A DNA stretch of 64,000 nt from Nemertoderma westbladi (lineage: Eukaryota > Animalia > Xenacoelomorpha), in NCBI GenBank assembly GCA_032718475.1, contig JAUCBJ010001059.1, positions 1,881 to 65,880 on the forward strand, read 5' to 3'. The first letter of the stretch is position 1; each line of letters begins with the position of its first letter. This document shows, in pieces, positions 25,998 through 38,032 of the stretch. A program made the translations under genes and the position numbers. The notes below the pieces were generated by a model that saw only the letters and a program-made list of their open reading frames with translations, made no database searches and was not told the DNA's origin.

Positions 25998-27884
25998 TTA
26001 AGGTTTGGCCGAACATTTCTGCAGCAGTTGGGCGTGGCAGGAATCGCAGACTCGCGAGGCTTTCCCAACGCCTCCTGGCGAGTCCAACATGAACTTATTA
26101 TCGGAACAACTGTCGCAGAATATTTCCCCGCAGTTGCGGCAGTGGTGTTTCCTGCGGGACACGGTGAACCGTTTACAGCAACCCGCGCACATATCGCGCT
26201 GTTTATCGTCGGCCCAGCCGCCCGTCTCCACTGAATTCTTACGCTCGGTAAACTCGTCGAACTCTAGCTGGGCCTCCTGCAACCTCCTCCCCATCTCGGA
26301 GAGCGCTTCCTCCTGCCCGCGAACCAACTCCTTGAGTTTCCCGTTCTCCTGCACCAACGACTGGTTCCGTTTATCGTTCTGCGCGAGTCGGGAACTCAAC
26401 TCCTTGTAACCGAGCCGCTCCAACTCGAGACTCTCGGCGAACCCGCGGTTCTCCGCTCGCAACGCGGCGACCTCGGCCTCCAGCTGGGCCACCGTCGCGT
26501 CCCGGACTCCCACCAGCAATCCCAGCTGTTTTGCCGACTCCGCCACCGCCTCAGCCGTGCTCGCCGACCCCTCCCGCACCGAACGCAACTCCTCGCTCAG
26601 CTGTTTAACCGCGGCGGTCTGCTTCCGGACTCGGTCCTCCAGCTGCACCACCAACTCCGACTTGTGCTGCAACTGATTCTCCGACGACTCCAGTTTGTTG
26701 TAGAGGCCGATGTTGATCGCTTTGACGTCGTTTAGCTGCTTCCGCAACGTGGCCAACGCGTCCTGCTTCTCGTGCACGTCGGTCTCCAACAACCGCATCG
26801 CTGTCTCCATCTCGCGTCGCATCCCGCGTTCCACGCCCACCTCCCGGACCGCGTTCCCCCGCGCCGAACGTTCCGCCTCCAGCTGGGCCCGACAGTCCCG
26901 GTACAGACCGTCCAACCCCGACCGTGACGTCACCAACGATTCCTTCTCGATCTCCAGATCGTCTCGGGTCTCCTGTAGAACCCGCCCTAGCCGATTCTCC
27001 GATTCGAATTTATTCTCAACTAGTTTATCTTTCTCCGACTGCAATCCGATTATTAAATTATCTTTCTCGAATAAATTTCGTTTTATTTTTTTACTTTCAG
27101 TTTCTAACTGCGCGATAACATCCCGCTGTTTATCGAGTTTCCGTTGGAGGGCGGCGGATTGGCTCTGCAGATGGTCACATCGCTCCTCCAGGAAGTTCTT
27201 CTGGTCTAACAACCCGGACAGTTCGGCGTTGGTGTCTGAGTTGCCGCGGAGCTCCGGACTGCCGCCGCGTCCGGACGCCATGGCGACGGGCCCGGAATCC
27301 GCGAGGAAGTTGACCAGATCGACGGCGAGAATCGCCGCGTCCAACGCGTCCTGGGGGCCGCACATATTGTAGTCGATAACGTTGAGACTGACAAGCAGAC
27401 CGGCGAACACGAGTCCGCATTCGTCGTCCAACACCAAGGCCCACGGCTCATAGAGGTCGAGGAGGAGAGCGGAAGAGTCGAGGAGCGAACCGAGGAGCGT
27501 TGCGAGTCTCTTCTGCATCAACGCGATCCGCAACCACGCTCGCGCCCTCCCCAACCCGGTTTTAACCCCCGGTAAGTTCCTCACGCTGTGGGTTATAGTT
27601 TCCGCTGATGGTTCTACGCGCTCAACCAGCTCTAGCGCCGGCCAGAATGCTACGGGGACGCCGATCCAATTGCGATGCGATTTGAGTCCGTGGCTGAGGC
27701 ACTTCTCGAGGACTGCGAAAACGTTCTGTAACGGAGGGTATTCGTCGTTGTCCAGGACACGGTTGTACCGGTAGGATTCATCGATTAGATGACGGATTGT
27801 TAGTTTACAGAGTTTCAGTAAATTGTTCCGTTCGATGCGGTGGACTTGGTTGGCTTGAGTGTGGAACTCAACTTGAGTGTTCAT
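25998..27884 (-). CDS. RUFY2: RUN and FYVE domain-containing protein (RUFY1/2-like), intronless, 628 aa
   Basis: RUN domain (IERNNLLKLCKLTIRHLI, LEKCLSHGLK, LGRARAWLRIALMQKRL, LDQKNFLEE), long coiled coil, FYVE domain (WADD..C..C..RRKHHCRNCGEIFC..RVCDSC). Paralog number is not resolvable from the sequence. Confidence 0.93.
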   Translation of the reverse strand: MNTQVEFHTQANQVHRIERNNLLKLCKLTIRHLIDESYRYNRVLDNDEYPPLQNVFAVLEKCLSHGLKSHRNWIGVPVAFWPALELVERVEPSAETITHSVRNLPGVKTGLGRARAWLRIALMQKRLATLLGSLLDSSALLLDLYEPWALVLDDECGLVFAGLLVSLNVIDYNMCGPQDALDAAILAVDLVNFLADSGPVAMASGRGGSPELRGNSDTNAELSGLLDQKNFLEERCDHLQSQSAALQRKLDKQRDVIAQLETESKKIKRNLFEKDNLIIGLQSEKDKLVENKFESENRLGRVLQETRDDLEIEKESLVTSRSGLDGLYRDCRAQLEAERSARGNAVREVGVERGMRREMETAMRLLETDVHEKQDALATLRKQLNDVKAINIGLYNKLESSENQLQHKSELVVQLEDRVRKQTAAVKQLSEELRSVREGSASTAEAVAESAKQLGLLVGVRDATVAQLEAEVAALRAENRGFAESLELERLGYKELSSRLAQNDKRNQSLVQENGKLKELVRGQEEALSEMGRRLQEAQLEFDEFTERKNSVETGGWADDKQRDMCAGCCKRFTVSRRKHHCRNCGEIFCDSCSDNKFMLDSPGGVGKASRVCDSCHAQLLQKCSAKP

Positions 27885-28842
27885 TATAGTTAGGCCTATA
27901 GGCAGATAGGCCTACCGGAACCGCGGAACCGAACCAGTAAACAGGAAAGTCGGCCTGACTTCAGACTTGGCGACTTGGGATATCAGAATGAGAGAATAAC
28001 CCTGCCAGCGCAGCGTCAGCCTGAATAGGCCTACAAGCTCGCCAGTATATCATCAGTATATTGCAGTAAACCATAAACAATACCGGTATTGCAGTATTGT
28101 GTATTGACGTATTGTCAATTGGGATGTTATTTGCCTTCTTTACAGCGCGAAGCTACCGGTATGCTAATTCTGCTGGCTGACAACGAGCGACGACGTTTGC
28201 ATAGGCCTATTATTAGTTAAGTTCAATTAAAAAACAATAGACAGTAAAATGTAAATTGAGGAACACCCAAGGTGTACTAAATTTTCCCTATTTATGGCAC
28301 TATTTTATTTTCATAATATTTCATTAGGAACTTATTTTATGCAACTTTTGTTAGGTGAATATGATGACTAGGGTTCATAGAAATGTAATAAAATGTATTT
28401 CTGGAATTTTTATCTTGTTGTTGCCTAGGTAACCGGGTGCAAAGTTCAAACTTTGCGCGTCTGTGATTCAAAACAACGAGGGATCCTGTTCTTGGGATTT
28501 GGTAGGTTATTAAAAATAATAAAAGACTGAAAATATTTTACATTTGAATTTGTTTACATTCCCGTTACCATGGTAATAAGTATTTGAATAATTGTCTACA
28601 AAATTCTATAAAACACAATTATTATTCGGTTTGTCAGTCTAAACAGTAAGTTAAATTGCCAACATTTTATTTTATAATTCATCAATTATTGTGAATCATA
28701 TTTTTATAAAGGTCAATATTTGCAAATAAACTGTCCAATCAGAGAGCAAAACCTGCGATAGCATGATTTTGACATTCCATAATATTTCGGTTAGCAATTA
28801 TTAGAAACAAAGGAAAGTCACCCCAGGCATGCGATTCCCGTA

Positions 28843-29008
28843 CTTAGTTCCAATTTAAGCCTCATACGAATTTAGTTCCAATTTAGGCGAACTTAGTTCC
28901 AATGGAAACGAATTTAGTTCCAATTTAGGCGAACTTAGTTCCAATGGAAACGAATTTAGTTCCAATTTAGGCGAATTTAGTTCCAATGGAAGCGAAATTA
29001 GTTCCAAT
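28843..29008. repeat. 21-bp tandem repeat with a TTAGTTCCAAT core
   Basis: Alternating ...TTTAGGCGAA and ...TGGAAACGAA variants, about 7-8 units. Confidence 0.85.
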
Positions 29009-29096
29009 GTTTTAGGTTTGGTCCGAGCCACGTAGTTGGCGAATAATCTGTTTAATACCACTATTAGATGGATGGATAAATAATAATTGTAAATAA

Positions 29097-29385
29097 CTAA
29101 CCCAAACAACGCCCAACCTCCTAACCAAAACAATCTTATCCCAAACAACGCCCAACCTCTTAACCCAAACAGTTCAATTATATTTAATCATTCAGAATGA
29201 TATTCATAGTAAAAAAACAACGCCCAAACTCTTAACTCAAACAACGCCCAAACTCCTAACCCAAACAACACCCAACCTCCTAACCCAAACAACGCCCAAC
29301 CTCCTAACCCAAACAACGCCCAACCTCCTAACCCAAACAACGCCCAAACTCCTAACCCAAACAACGCCCATCCACCTAACCCAAG
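29097..29385. repeat. 24-bp tandem repeat CCTAACCCAAACAACGCCCAACCT
   Basis: About 9-10 copies in two blocks. Confidence 0.85.
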
Positions 29386-30554
29386 CAACTGCTATTGCAT
29401 TTGGTGTGAAAATGGCACAATGTGCATTACTTGAGTATATAATACTACAGACTCAGTCAGTCAGTATCAGTATACTCGTCATTAATATATATTTCAAAAT
29501 GGTGTAATTATACATTTAATTCATTAAAATAATAATTCGTTTTTAAAAAATGACAGAAGGGTTTTACAATTATAATATAATTGTACCTCCCCATCCCAAA
29601 TAGTGGCAATACGCAAAGGCTTCGCCTATTTCGGTTTAAACTTCTAACTATGTGGATTGAGGCAGAGTGGCATTGAAATCGCGAGAAATACCTGATCAGC
29701 AGCTGCTCGTAGATGGGGTGTAGAAAACGATGAACATCGGCCATATTAGCGTAGGGACTAGCATGAAAATCCTTAGTAATTATATCAAAACGGTGGACAT
29801 GAATAGATGAAACACACACCATGCTCCGGAATATAATGCCTTAATTCCATACAGAGGTAGTTTCACTTTATTTCACAGTTTCTCCGAATTGTTATTTTCG
29901 TTTTCATTCTTTAGCTACAACCTTTTGAATAAGGTGTTTCCATCGATATTGCACCAGTTCCACCTAAGTTATTCCTCAACCTCACAGTGTTCTGTTTGCA
30001 CCCATCGAAAGCTATTCCAAATAAGTAACACAATCTGCCAGTAGTATAAATCTAAAGAACCTAAAGATTGACCTAAAGATTGAAGCGAAAATAAAAGTTC
30101 TGACTCACCCAGAGGAAGGAGGTCAAAACATAACGATTCAAATGAAATGCGATTCCATTAGATTTGTTTACAATATTTATATTACACGAGAACACGACAG
30201 TGAACAAAGACAATATTCTGGGGCATGGCGCCAATAAATAAAACAATTTATATTAAGTATTTTATTTAACGTTTATTTTTACATTCAAATTATTATACAA
30301 AGTAATTTTATATTTTATACAACTAAAATATTTATATAAAGCAAATAATAGAAATACAATACTGCACAGCACACTCTGTTGCTAAAGTACCGTATTCTTT
30401 GGAAATATTAAGTAATTTGGAAAAAAATAAAATATTAAGTAATTTGGAAATAATTAAATTAATATAAAAATACAAAACTCACACTAATGACTAATTAAGT
30501 ATTATTTGTTTTAATTTATAAACAAAGACAACTATAAAGATTATGATCCCCGGC

Positions 30555-31640
30555 TCAGTATTCGGCGGTTTGTCGGAGCGTCACACCGGCATTATCGTAA
30601 TCGCACTCGCGCAATTCGAGTATCTGAACCCCGGCGTTGGTTGTCCCGCAACAGAGGCCGCCGCTGGAGACCTTGCAGACGGAAGTAAGCGGCCCGCCCA
30701 ACGGCAACGACAAGCAGACCAACTCCCCGGGACTCAACTCCGGATCCCAAACCCGGATCGAGGAATCTTTACTGACGGAGACGAGGAATCCACGGGAGAG
30801 GAAAGCGCAACCGGTCGTCGATTGTCGGTGTCCGCGATACTCACGGAGCAGTCTGCCGCCCCGGACGTCGTACAAAGAGACCTCGCAACCCCGTCCGTCG
30901 AACCCGTTGCACGTAGTAGCGCAGTAACGCCCATCCTCACTCACCGAGCAACTCATCTCGATGTACTGCTTCCGAGGAAATTCCACCGCAACATCGACGG
31001 TCCGCGAGTCCCAGAGACGCAGCGCTTTATCCTCGCTGGTCTGCGCCACCGTGTGGTCGCAGTTCGGGAACCAGGTCAACGCAGTCACTAGATTCCGCGA
31101 GATCTCGCGTTTACCCAACTCACATCCGGTCTCCACATCCCACAAACGCACAGAATGGTCTCGCGAACCAGACATAAGTTTACTATTGTCCGTCGGACTG
31201 ACAGCCAAACCGAACACCGCGAACTCGTGTCCTTCAAACTGTCTCGATTGTCCATCGCCGGAGTTTAAATCCCACATTCTAATTGCTTTATCCCGACCTC
31301 CGCTGAACAGAACACGTTTTTTATCTCCATACGCGAGGCAACATATTTCTTTTGTGTGGCCACAGAGATTGAGCAGTGACCGACCGGTTTTAGTGTCGAA
31401 CACGACGGCCGTATTATCCGAACTACCAGAGGCGACGACACCGTCGTATAAACCGCATAAACACGTTATTGCGTCAGTGTGGACGCGCGTGTAGGAGTTG
31501 AAGGCCGGCGCGGAGCTATTAACTCCGTACTTACGAATACTGCAGGTGGACTTTGTGGTTTTTGTTTCATCTTTTAAAGGTCGAGCGTTTCGGCTTCTTC
31601 CAAATAAACGCTCAAGAAACAAGAAATTGTGTTTACACAT
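30555..31640 (-). CDS. WDR31: WD repeat-containing protein 31, intronless, 361 aa
   Basis: WD40 repeats plus WDR31-type motifs GLAVSP..SGSRD, ISRNLVT.L.W.P, QTSEDKALRLWDSR, NGFDGRGCE, YRGHRQ, GPLTS. Confidence 0.9.
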   Translation of the reverse strand: MCKHNFLFLERLFGRSRNARPLKDETKTTKSTCSIRKYGVNSSAPAFNSYTRVHTDAITCLCGLYDGVVASGSSDNTAVVFDTKTGRSLLNLCGHTKEICCLAYGDKKRVLFSGGRDKAIRMWDLNSGDGQSRQFEGHEFAVFGLAVSPTDNSKLMSGSRDHSVRLWDVETGCELGKREISRNLVTALTWFPNCDHTVAQTSEDKALRLWDSRTVDVAVEFPRKQYIEMSCSVSEDGRYCATTCNGFDGRGCEVSLYDVRGGRLLREYRGHRQSTTGCAFLSRGFLVSVSKDSSIRVWDPELSPGELVCLSLPLGGPLTSVCKVSSGGLCCGTTNAGVQILELRECDYDNAGVTLRQTAEY

Positions 31641-31977
31641 TTTTTAATCGTTTACCGGTCACCGGTCTGCCGGTACCCGTTTACCGGTTGAATGTAGGCC
31701 TATTCAAAGAGAGGCATTTCATTACACTGCATCATGCATTAGGCCTACACATTGCTGCATTATTTTGTATTACCGCATTACCGGTAACCACTGATAACAT
31801 GATAAAGGCCCATGCAGAGTATGGCATTACGACGGTCTGATGGTTAACGCGGGTGAACTCACAGATGAATCTGTTTGATGATTTGAGGATGTGACAATGA
31901 ATATGTAACTGAATGAATATAAATGAATATAATAAAAACAATAAATGATAAAACAATGAATATAAAATGAATATGCC

Positions 31978-32150
31978 GTGATGTTTTCTTATTGGATAGA
32001 ATAAGTAGTGATTTTTTCTTATTGGTCAAGAGTATAAAGTAATGATTTTTTCTTATTGGTCAAGAGTAAGTAGTGATTTTTTTCTGATTGGTCAAGAGTA
32101 AGTAGTGATTTTTTTTTATTGGCTAGAGTAAGTAACGATTTTTCTTATTG
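31978..32150. repeat. ~30-bp tandem repeat, ~6 copies, most carrying ATTGG (CCAAT box), upstream of WDR31
   Basis: Unit approximately GAGTAAGTAGTGATTTTTTCTTATTGGTCAA. Confidence 0.8.
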
Positions 32151-32151
32151 A

Positions 32152-33400
32152 TTAATAAATAAGTAGCGATTTTTTTTTATTTGAAAAAAAATTTTTTTTG
32201 CATTGATTAAGTCTAGTTCGCTTTATGAATAGTTTATGGTTATGTCCTCTGAGACCGGGTCTAGAGGGGCGTGTAAAAAAATCATCAAAATTAAGGTCGA
32301 TTAAATTTCGTTCAATGGAATATACCATTACCAAACATAATACGCCTTAGTTCAAGAGGTTGTAACACGAGAAAGTTGAGTCGGTCGAGGTAGCTACTAT
32401 AGGACAAACCGCACCGCAAATAAAGTCTACGTGTAAAATATCTTTGTACATTATCAACCAAGTCTATAGACGTTAATAAGAATGTGGACCAAACAGGAGT
32501 ACAACATTCCAATAAAGGCCGGACGTATGATTTATACGGTCTTATAAGAGCTACCATGTTCTTGGTGTAAAAACAATGAAAAAGCATATTTACAATTTTG
32601 TAGGCTTTGGCTACTTGTTCGCGGCAATACTTAACGAACTTTAGATTATTGGAAATTGTAACTCCTAAATCTTTACAGTGAGATTCCTCCCTTATATTCT
32701 TATTGTAAAGACAGTAAGAGGTACGCACATTATTGTTACCGAAATAAAGCACTTGGCACTTACAGTATGAGGGGCAATGGTGAGTTGCCATTCACTTGTC
32801 CAGTGCTCTAATGCTGAACTTAAAACGTGAGTTAACAGAGAGAGCGAATAATTTAGCATCATCAGCAAATAATTTGCACGATACAGGGTAAACATTTTCA
32901 GGTAAGTCATTAATGAACAGTAAAAATAATAATGGTCCTAAAACTGTACCCTGTGGGGTACCCGAAATAACTTTACAATAATTCGAATAACTATTTTCAA
33001 CTAGTACACGTTGAGTACGATTGGAAAGAAATGCTGTCAACCAAGCAATAAGATTTCCGCTAATTCCATAACTGGAAAGCTTAGCTAAAAGCATACTTTG
33101 TACTACTGAATCGAATGCCTTTGCGAAGTCAATGTAAACTACGTCAAAGGCGTCGCCATTATCAACCATTTTATACCATTCATTAACGGATTCCAATAAC
33201 TGAGTACATGTATATTTGTGCTTTAAAAACCGTGCTGTGCCTTTGTAATTAACTTGTTCCTAAGTAAATATTCAGATAACTCATATATAATACACATTTC
33301 CCTTAACTTACAGGATATACTCTACTGTACAAGTTAATGAAATAGGCCGGTAGTTGTAGGGATCAGATAAATTGCCTTTTTTAAACAGCCTTGGTACATA
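32152..33400 (-). mobile_element. Degenerate 5'-truncated CR1-clade LINE
   Basis: DVVYIDFAKAFDSV, SGTPQGTVLGPLLFLLFINDL, LFADDAKL, KDLGV, YKSYVRPLLE, LELRR, LRGHNHKL; several frameshifts. Confidence 0.9.
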
Positions 33401-34240
33401 CCAAACAGCCTTTTTTAAACATGGAAGTGAATCGCATGTATAATGAAATACTTACAAAGATACTGTAAGATATGATTCACATTATAATCTAATGCTCTGA
33501 CTTCCAAGCGTAAGACAGGCGATTCTAATGATATCGGGTGATCTGAATCGCTACTTCTAAAATCACAAGAAAAACGTCAATCGCATCAGTATCACATTCG
33601 ATTCGCAAGGATATTTTTCAATGGGATGTGGGATGTTATCTCCATTGCCAGTCTGCCTTTTCAATAATAACTTCCACACGTTACCACGTTATTGGAATTG
33701 GACCCATCGCTAACTCTCCCGCAATACTTAAAATAACATTTGAAATAATATTGTATGTTGTGAGCCCAAATTCTAGTACAGTACATACTGTATATTGTGC
33801 GCACAACTAATACTTCATTATCATTTTGCGGTTAGACAGTTGACTTTTAATTGGTTAATACTGTAGCCTATCCAAAACAATGAATTTCATTTGTATTAAG
33901 TATTTGTCAGAGACTGATGGAGTTACGGAATTAAACAACAAATTTAATGCTGATGGAAATGTAGCGTTAGCTCCAAATAGGTATACGTTACGTAGAAAAT
34001 AGATATATAGTACATGCAGCTATTACTGTAATATACACTCAGGACCAGCGCTGTACTGTAATGTACACTCTGCCCTATCAGCTGATCAGAAGGAGTACAA
34101 CAACTGTCGGTATAACCACCACTACAACACTAGTCAGTTCAGCAGTTGCCAGTACAGCGCAGAAGGGCTGTAGGGCCTACACTCTGCACTCCGTGTACGG
34201 TAGGACGAGTCGTTGTTAGATCTGTAGATACAACAGCAGA

Positions 34241-37200
34241 ATGGCATTATTCGTATCTGGAAGAGTCGCCGAACAGAGATTCGTAATGACATCAACGACT
34301 AGACTGTCACCCACTAACAGGTTGATTGATTGCACGAGGAGAACTTCATCTACTTTAGATAATAATAAAATTACCCGGGTAACATCTCTACCGAGTTTGA
34401 GTTTGTTAAAGACGCCCTTACCCCCGTGTTGGTTATTGAGATATTCCGGTACGGGTATATTAAATCTTTCGGGATGTACCAATCGATCCTGGCCAACGCT
34501 ATGCAACTCTAACTCGATAATGTTAGTTAACACTGTAACAGTACAGCCTGACAGCAGTATGCTGGTATTAGAGTAGGCCTATGCACTCTATGCAGTAAAT
34601 GGTAAATTATTTCTCATGTAAAAAAACCCTTTCAATGATAAAATGATATTACTAACTCAGTAACCACAGGTCCACAGCTGCACAGTGTGCACAAATATCG
34701 GTAGTTAGCAGTCATAAGTCTACCACTACGTGGCGGATTCAGTGGGGTTTGACTAAATACGCCACCGACAGGCCGACACCTTTCGCATCCCACCGACAAC
34801 AAAAGACACAAACCGACAGGTAAAATCGCAAACCGACAGTCTGACAGTATCTGAGTATGCCGACACCATTGGCAATGTAGTAAACTATTTCAGTACATGA
34901 TTATACAATTCTGCAATTTTAATTTCCAGTCAAAATATTTATAACAAAGTATATTGTCCACTGTCGGCCTGTTGTAGATGGTGTAATTACTAATTAATTA
35001 GTCATCATCATGGCTTATGGCAGTATGGGGATACAAAAAGGGTTGAATATTTATGACTTATGAAGTGGCCATCCTTGGGTGTTTGTTTCACATCCCTTCC
35101 TTTTAGGTAACATCCAAGAGAGAAAGGAGCTTCCGTTGTTTCGTATTTCACTTCCTTCATGTTCACGTCATCACGTCATGTAGGTAAAAAATACCAATTA
35201 CTGCACACAATTGTTCAGCTATATGAAAAGTAATAAATTCCAAAGATAGTTCCGCGCCCAGGTTACCAGGGTCACCTCCTTTGACTACTCTATGATAAAG
35301 TAATAAACTGACTTATGTAAATGTTGGTTATGCAACCAGCCTGCAACATCAGTGCAACATTATCAGTCATGCCGCAATATACCGCAATTCCAGTCCTCTC
35401 TACGGGTTGCCCCCTTCTTAATGACGCTCAACAGAGTAAGAGATGTAACTAAATAACAATTTTAGATTTTACATATTATTTATTTATTTATTTCTAATTT
35501 TTATATTTCATCAGTCAGTTGTTCCGTATATTTTATCAGTCAGTTGTTCTGTATATTTTATCAGTCAGTTACTCCGTATATTTTATCAGTTGTAAGTAAT
35601 TAATAAGTCGGTTGAACGGTATATTTTATCATCAGTTGTTCCGTATATTTGACCAGTCAGTTTCATTTGTTCCGCATATTTTATCAGTCAGAGTTATTCA
35701 ACATATTGCAACATCGACATCGACGAATATTCCTTATATGTTGTGCTATATTTGAAAATATTCATATGTATGAATAAAAAAAAATAATAATAATAAATTT
35801 CGGCATTGTATCCTACATACTATACTGAAGGTCAGAGTACAGGAACGAAAACCGCAGAAATATACCACCGACAACAGTCAACAATCTGACTAGTGACTTA
35901 CCCTCGAAAACAAATAATAATAGCAATACACCGATATATGAAAAACGTTAATGATTTTAATTAACCATTAGGCCTACGTTATGAAATAGGGCCTATAATA
36001 ATTTAAAACATAGTTTATGAAGGCGGTATTATATTTTAAAGAAATTATGATGACTAATGACACCACCCTGCCATTGACAACAGGCTGACAGTGGACAATA
36101 TACTTTGTTATAAATATTTGGACTGGAAATTAAAATTGTATAATAATTTACTGAAATAGTTTACTAACATTGCCAAACGTGTCGGCATACTCTGATACTG
36201 CCGGTTTGCGAATTTACCTGTCGGCTTGCGTCGGTTTGTGTCTTTGGTTGTCGGTGGTATGGGAAAGGTGTCGGTGGTTGTCGGTGGCGTATTTAATTTA
36301 GTCAAACCCATTCAGTGGCTGGGGGGGGGGGGGGGGGGGGGGGCATCGGTGCTCCACTACCACTAACAAACCTGCAAACATGGAACTGGAACTTTGCAAA
36401 TGCGTGAATTTCAGAAACAAACACTTTTTTCAGTTGCTATTTAATTTCTGAATTAATCGTATCAATTACTGGTCTGTCGGTAGCGACGGTACTGCTACAA
36501 GTAGCAATTGATAATTAAAAGTAAAAGTAGTAATTGGGGTGGGGGCGGGGCCTGGGGTATTGAAATATGTTGTGCGGGCCGCGCACCCATTCCCAGAGCG
36601 CTAAAAACCTTGCTCCTCCACCTCCACTGACTGTTGACTATACAGCGTAGGCCTATTTATTGCAGGGGGGTCTATTCCACGACTATATTGTATATTTAAT
36701 TGTCAGTAATTTTAACTGGTAGTTTTCATCTCCATTAGGAACTACACAACGTCAGCTAAACCCACGTCATTCGTTGTTCAGGACCAAGATGATTTTAAGG
36801 AGAAGGTTCTAAAAAACACAGATCGTTTAGTTCTGGTCGACTTCTTTGCAACGTAAGTGTTAATCTGTAATCTGATCCTTCTACCTAATTGTTCCATATC
36901 CGTGTTCTACCTGATTGTTCTCTATCTGCGATCTATACCTACCTAATGTGGTGTTATGTGGTGGCTTAGGGGGGTATGTGGTGTTACCATCACCCCATCG
37001 TCATTATGATGATATAAGGACATGTGTAAAACATTATTTATTATTAAATTATGATAAGAATGGTGCAAGGACTCCCCATAAAACTTTGAACTTCAAACTT
37101 ATAGATTGTGGTAGATATTTTCCACCTTCTCTACTGGGGCAACACTAGTTCAGTTGGTGAGTAGCCCACAATGAGAACCACATTAGGAAACTTCTTAGCA

Positions 37201-38032
37201 AGTCTTCCAGAACATGAGAAGTGGCAAGGGATGATGCGGACGCGGTTGGAGATATTTGGATTTTGTCCAATGCTGTATATGCAGTTGGATTCATCGATAG
37301 ACCAATTCCGCCATTACCACTATCATCAGCTGCTGATGTGAAGGCAATTCCGGACCTCGCCAGTCTGCATTCGGGGCTCTTGAATTCCCACTGCGCCAAG
37401 GGAAAGCTTGGCTTCCATGGTCGCATTGGGGACCCGAGTGTTAACTGATTGTACCATATCTGCGTTATATACCTCTACCTTCTACCTGACGTACCAGAAC
37501 CCTCCGCTACGTGTTTGTTACGGTAAGGCAGCCGCATTATTAACAAACTAAGTTTCTATCGAGGAGGTCCTCCGATCTGCTCAGTTGATTTTTACGATTT
37601 TGCCTCAGGACATTTTCTAAATCATAAAACTGCTAAGTAGGGAGAGAAAGCGTGAAAGAAGTGTTTCATGTAGATTTACTCGTATAAAACACGAAGCCCA
37701 ATGGCTTGCAAGTACATGTACAAGTAGTTGTTAGGTGTAGACAACTAGGTTAACGTATAACGGGGATATACGGATTAGGTTGTATTTCTCTTTCCAGATG
37801 GTGCGGTCCATGCAAACTTCTTGGACCTAGATTGGAGCAGGCTGTAGCTAACAACCCCGACACCGTTGTACTGGCGAAGGTAGATGTGGACGAACTGGGG
37901 GACCTGGCCATGGAGTACAATATATCCTCCGTCCCGGCTGTTTTCGCTTTCAGGAAGGGCCAAGTTGTCGGGAAGTTTGTGGGAGTTACGACTTTACAAG
38001 AGCTTCAACAGTTTATAGACGCGCGGAGTTAG
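34241..38032 (+). CDS. TXN2: Mitochondrial thioredoxin, 3 exons
   Basis: Exon 1 34241-34521 (alternative end 34320; R/S/T/L-rich presequence), exon 2 36739-36852 (FVVQDQDDFKEKVL..VLVDFFAT), exon 3 37798-38032 (WCGPCKLLGPRLE..AKVDVD..DLAMEY..VPAVF..KFVG). Phases are compatible; exon 1 is less certain than exons 2-3. Confidence 0.88.
34745..36309. mobile_element. Non-autonomous DNA transposon with ~250-bp imperfect TIRs and 8-bp TSD, in TXN2 intron 1
   Basis: ATTCAGTG|GGGTTTGACTAAAT...ATTTAGTCAAACCC|ATTCAGTG; CCGACA-rich arms at about 34745-34990 and 36065-36309. Confidence 0.85.
37145..37450 (-). mobile_element. Probable LINE endonuclease-region relic in TXN2 intron 2
   Basis: GNGGIGLSMNPTAYTALDKIQISP resembles the GVG motif of RTE APE domains; short and degenerate. 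Confidence 0.4.

Noticed and set aside
29097-29385. Telomere-like CCTAACCC
   Set aside because: Only part of a 24-bp unit; no contiguous TTAGGG or TTAGG run.
34216-34533. 105-aa minus-strand ORF with an upstream AG
   Set aside because: No recognisable motif; better explained as antisense to TXN2 exon 1.
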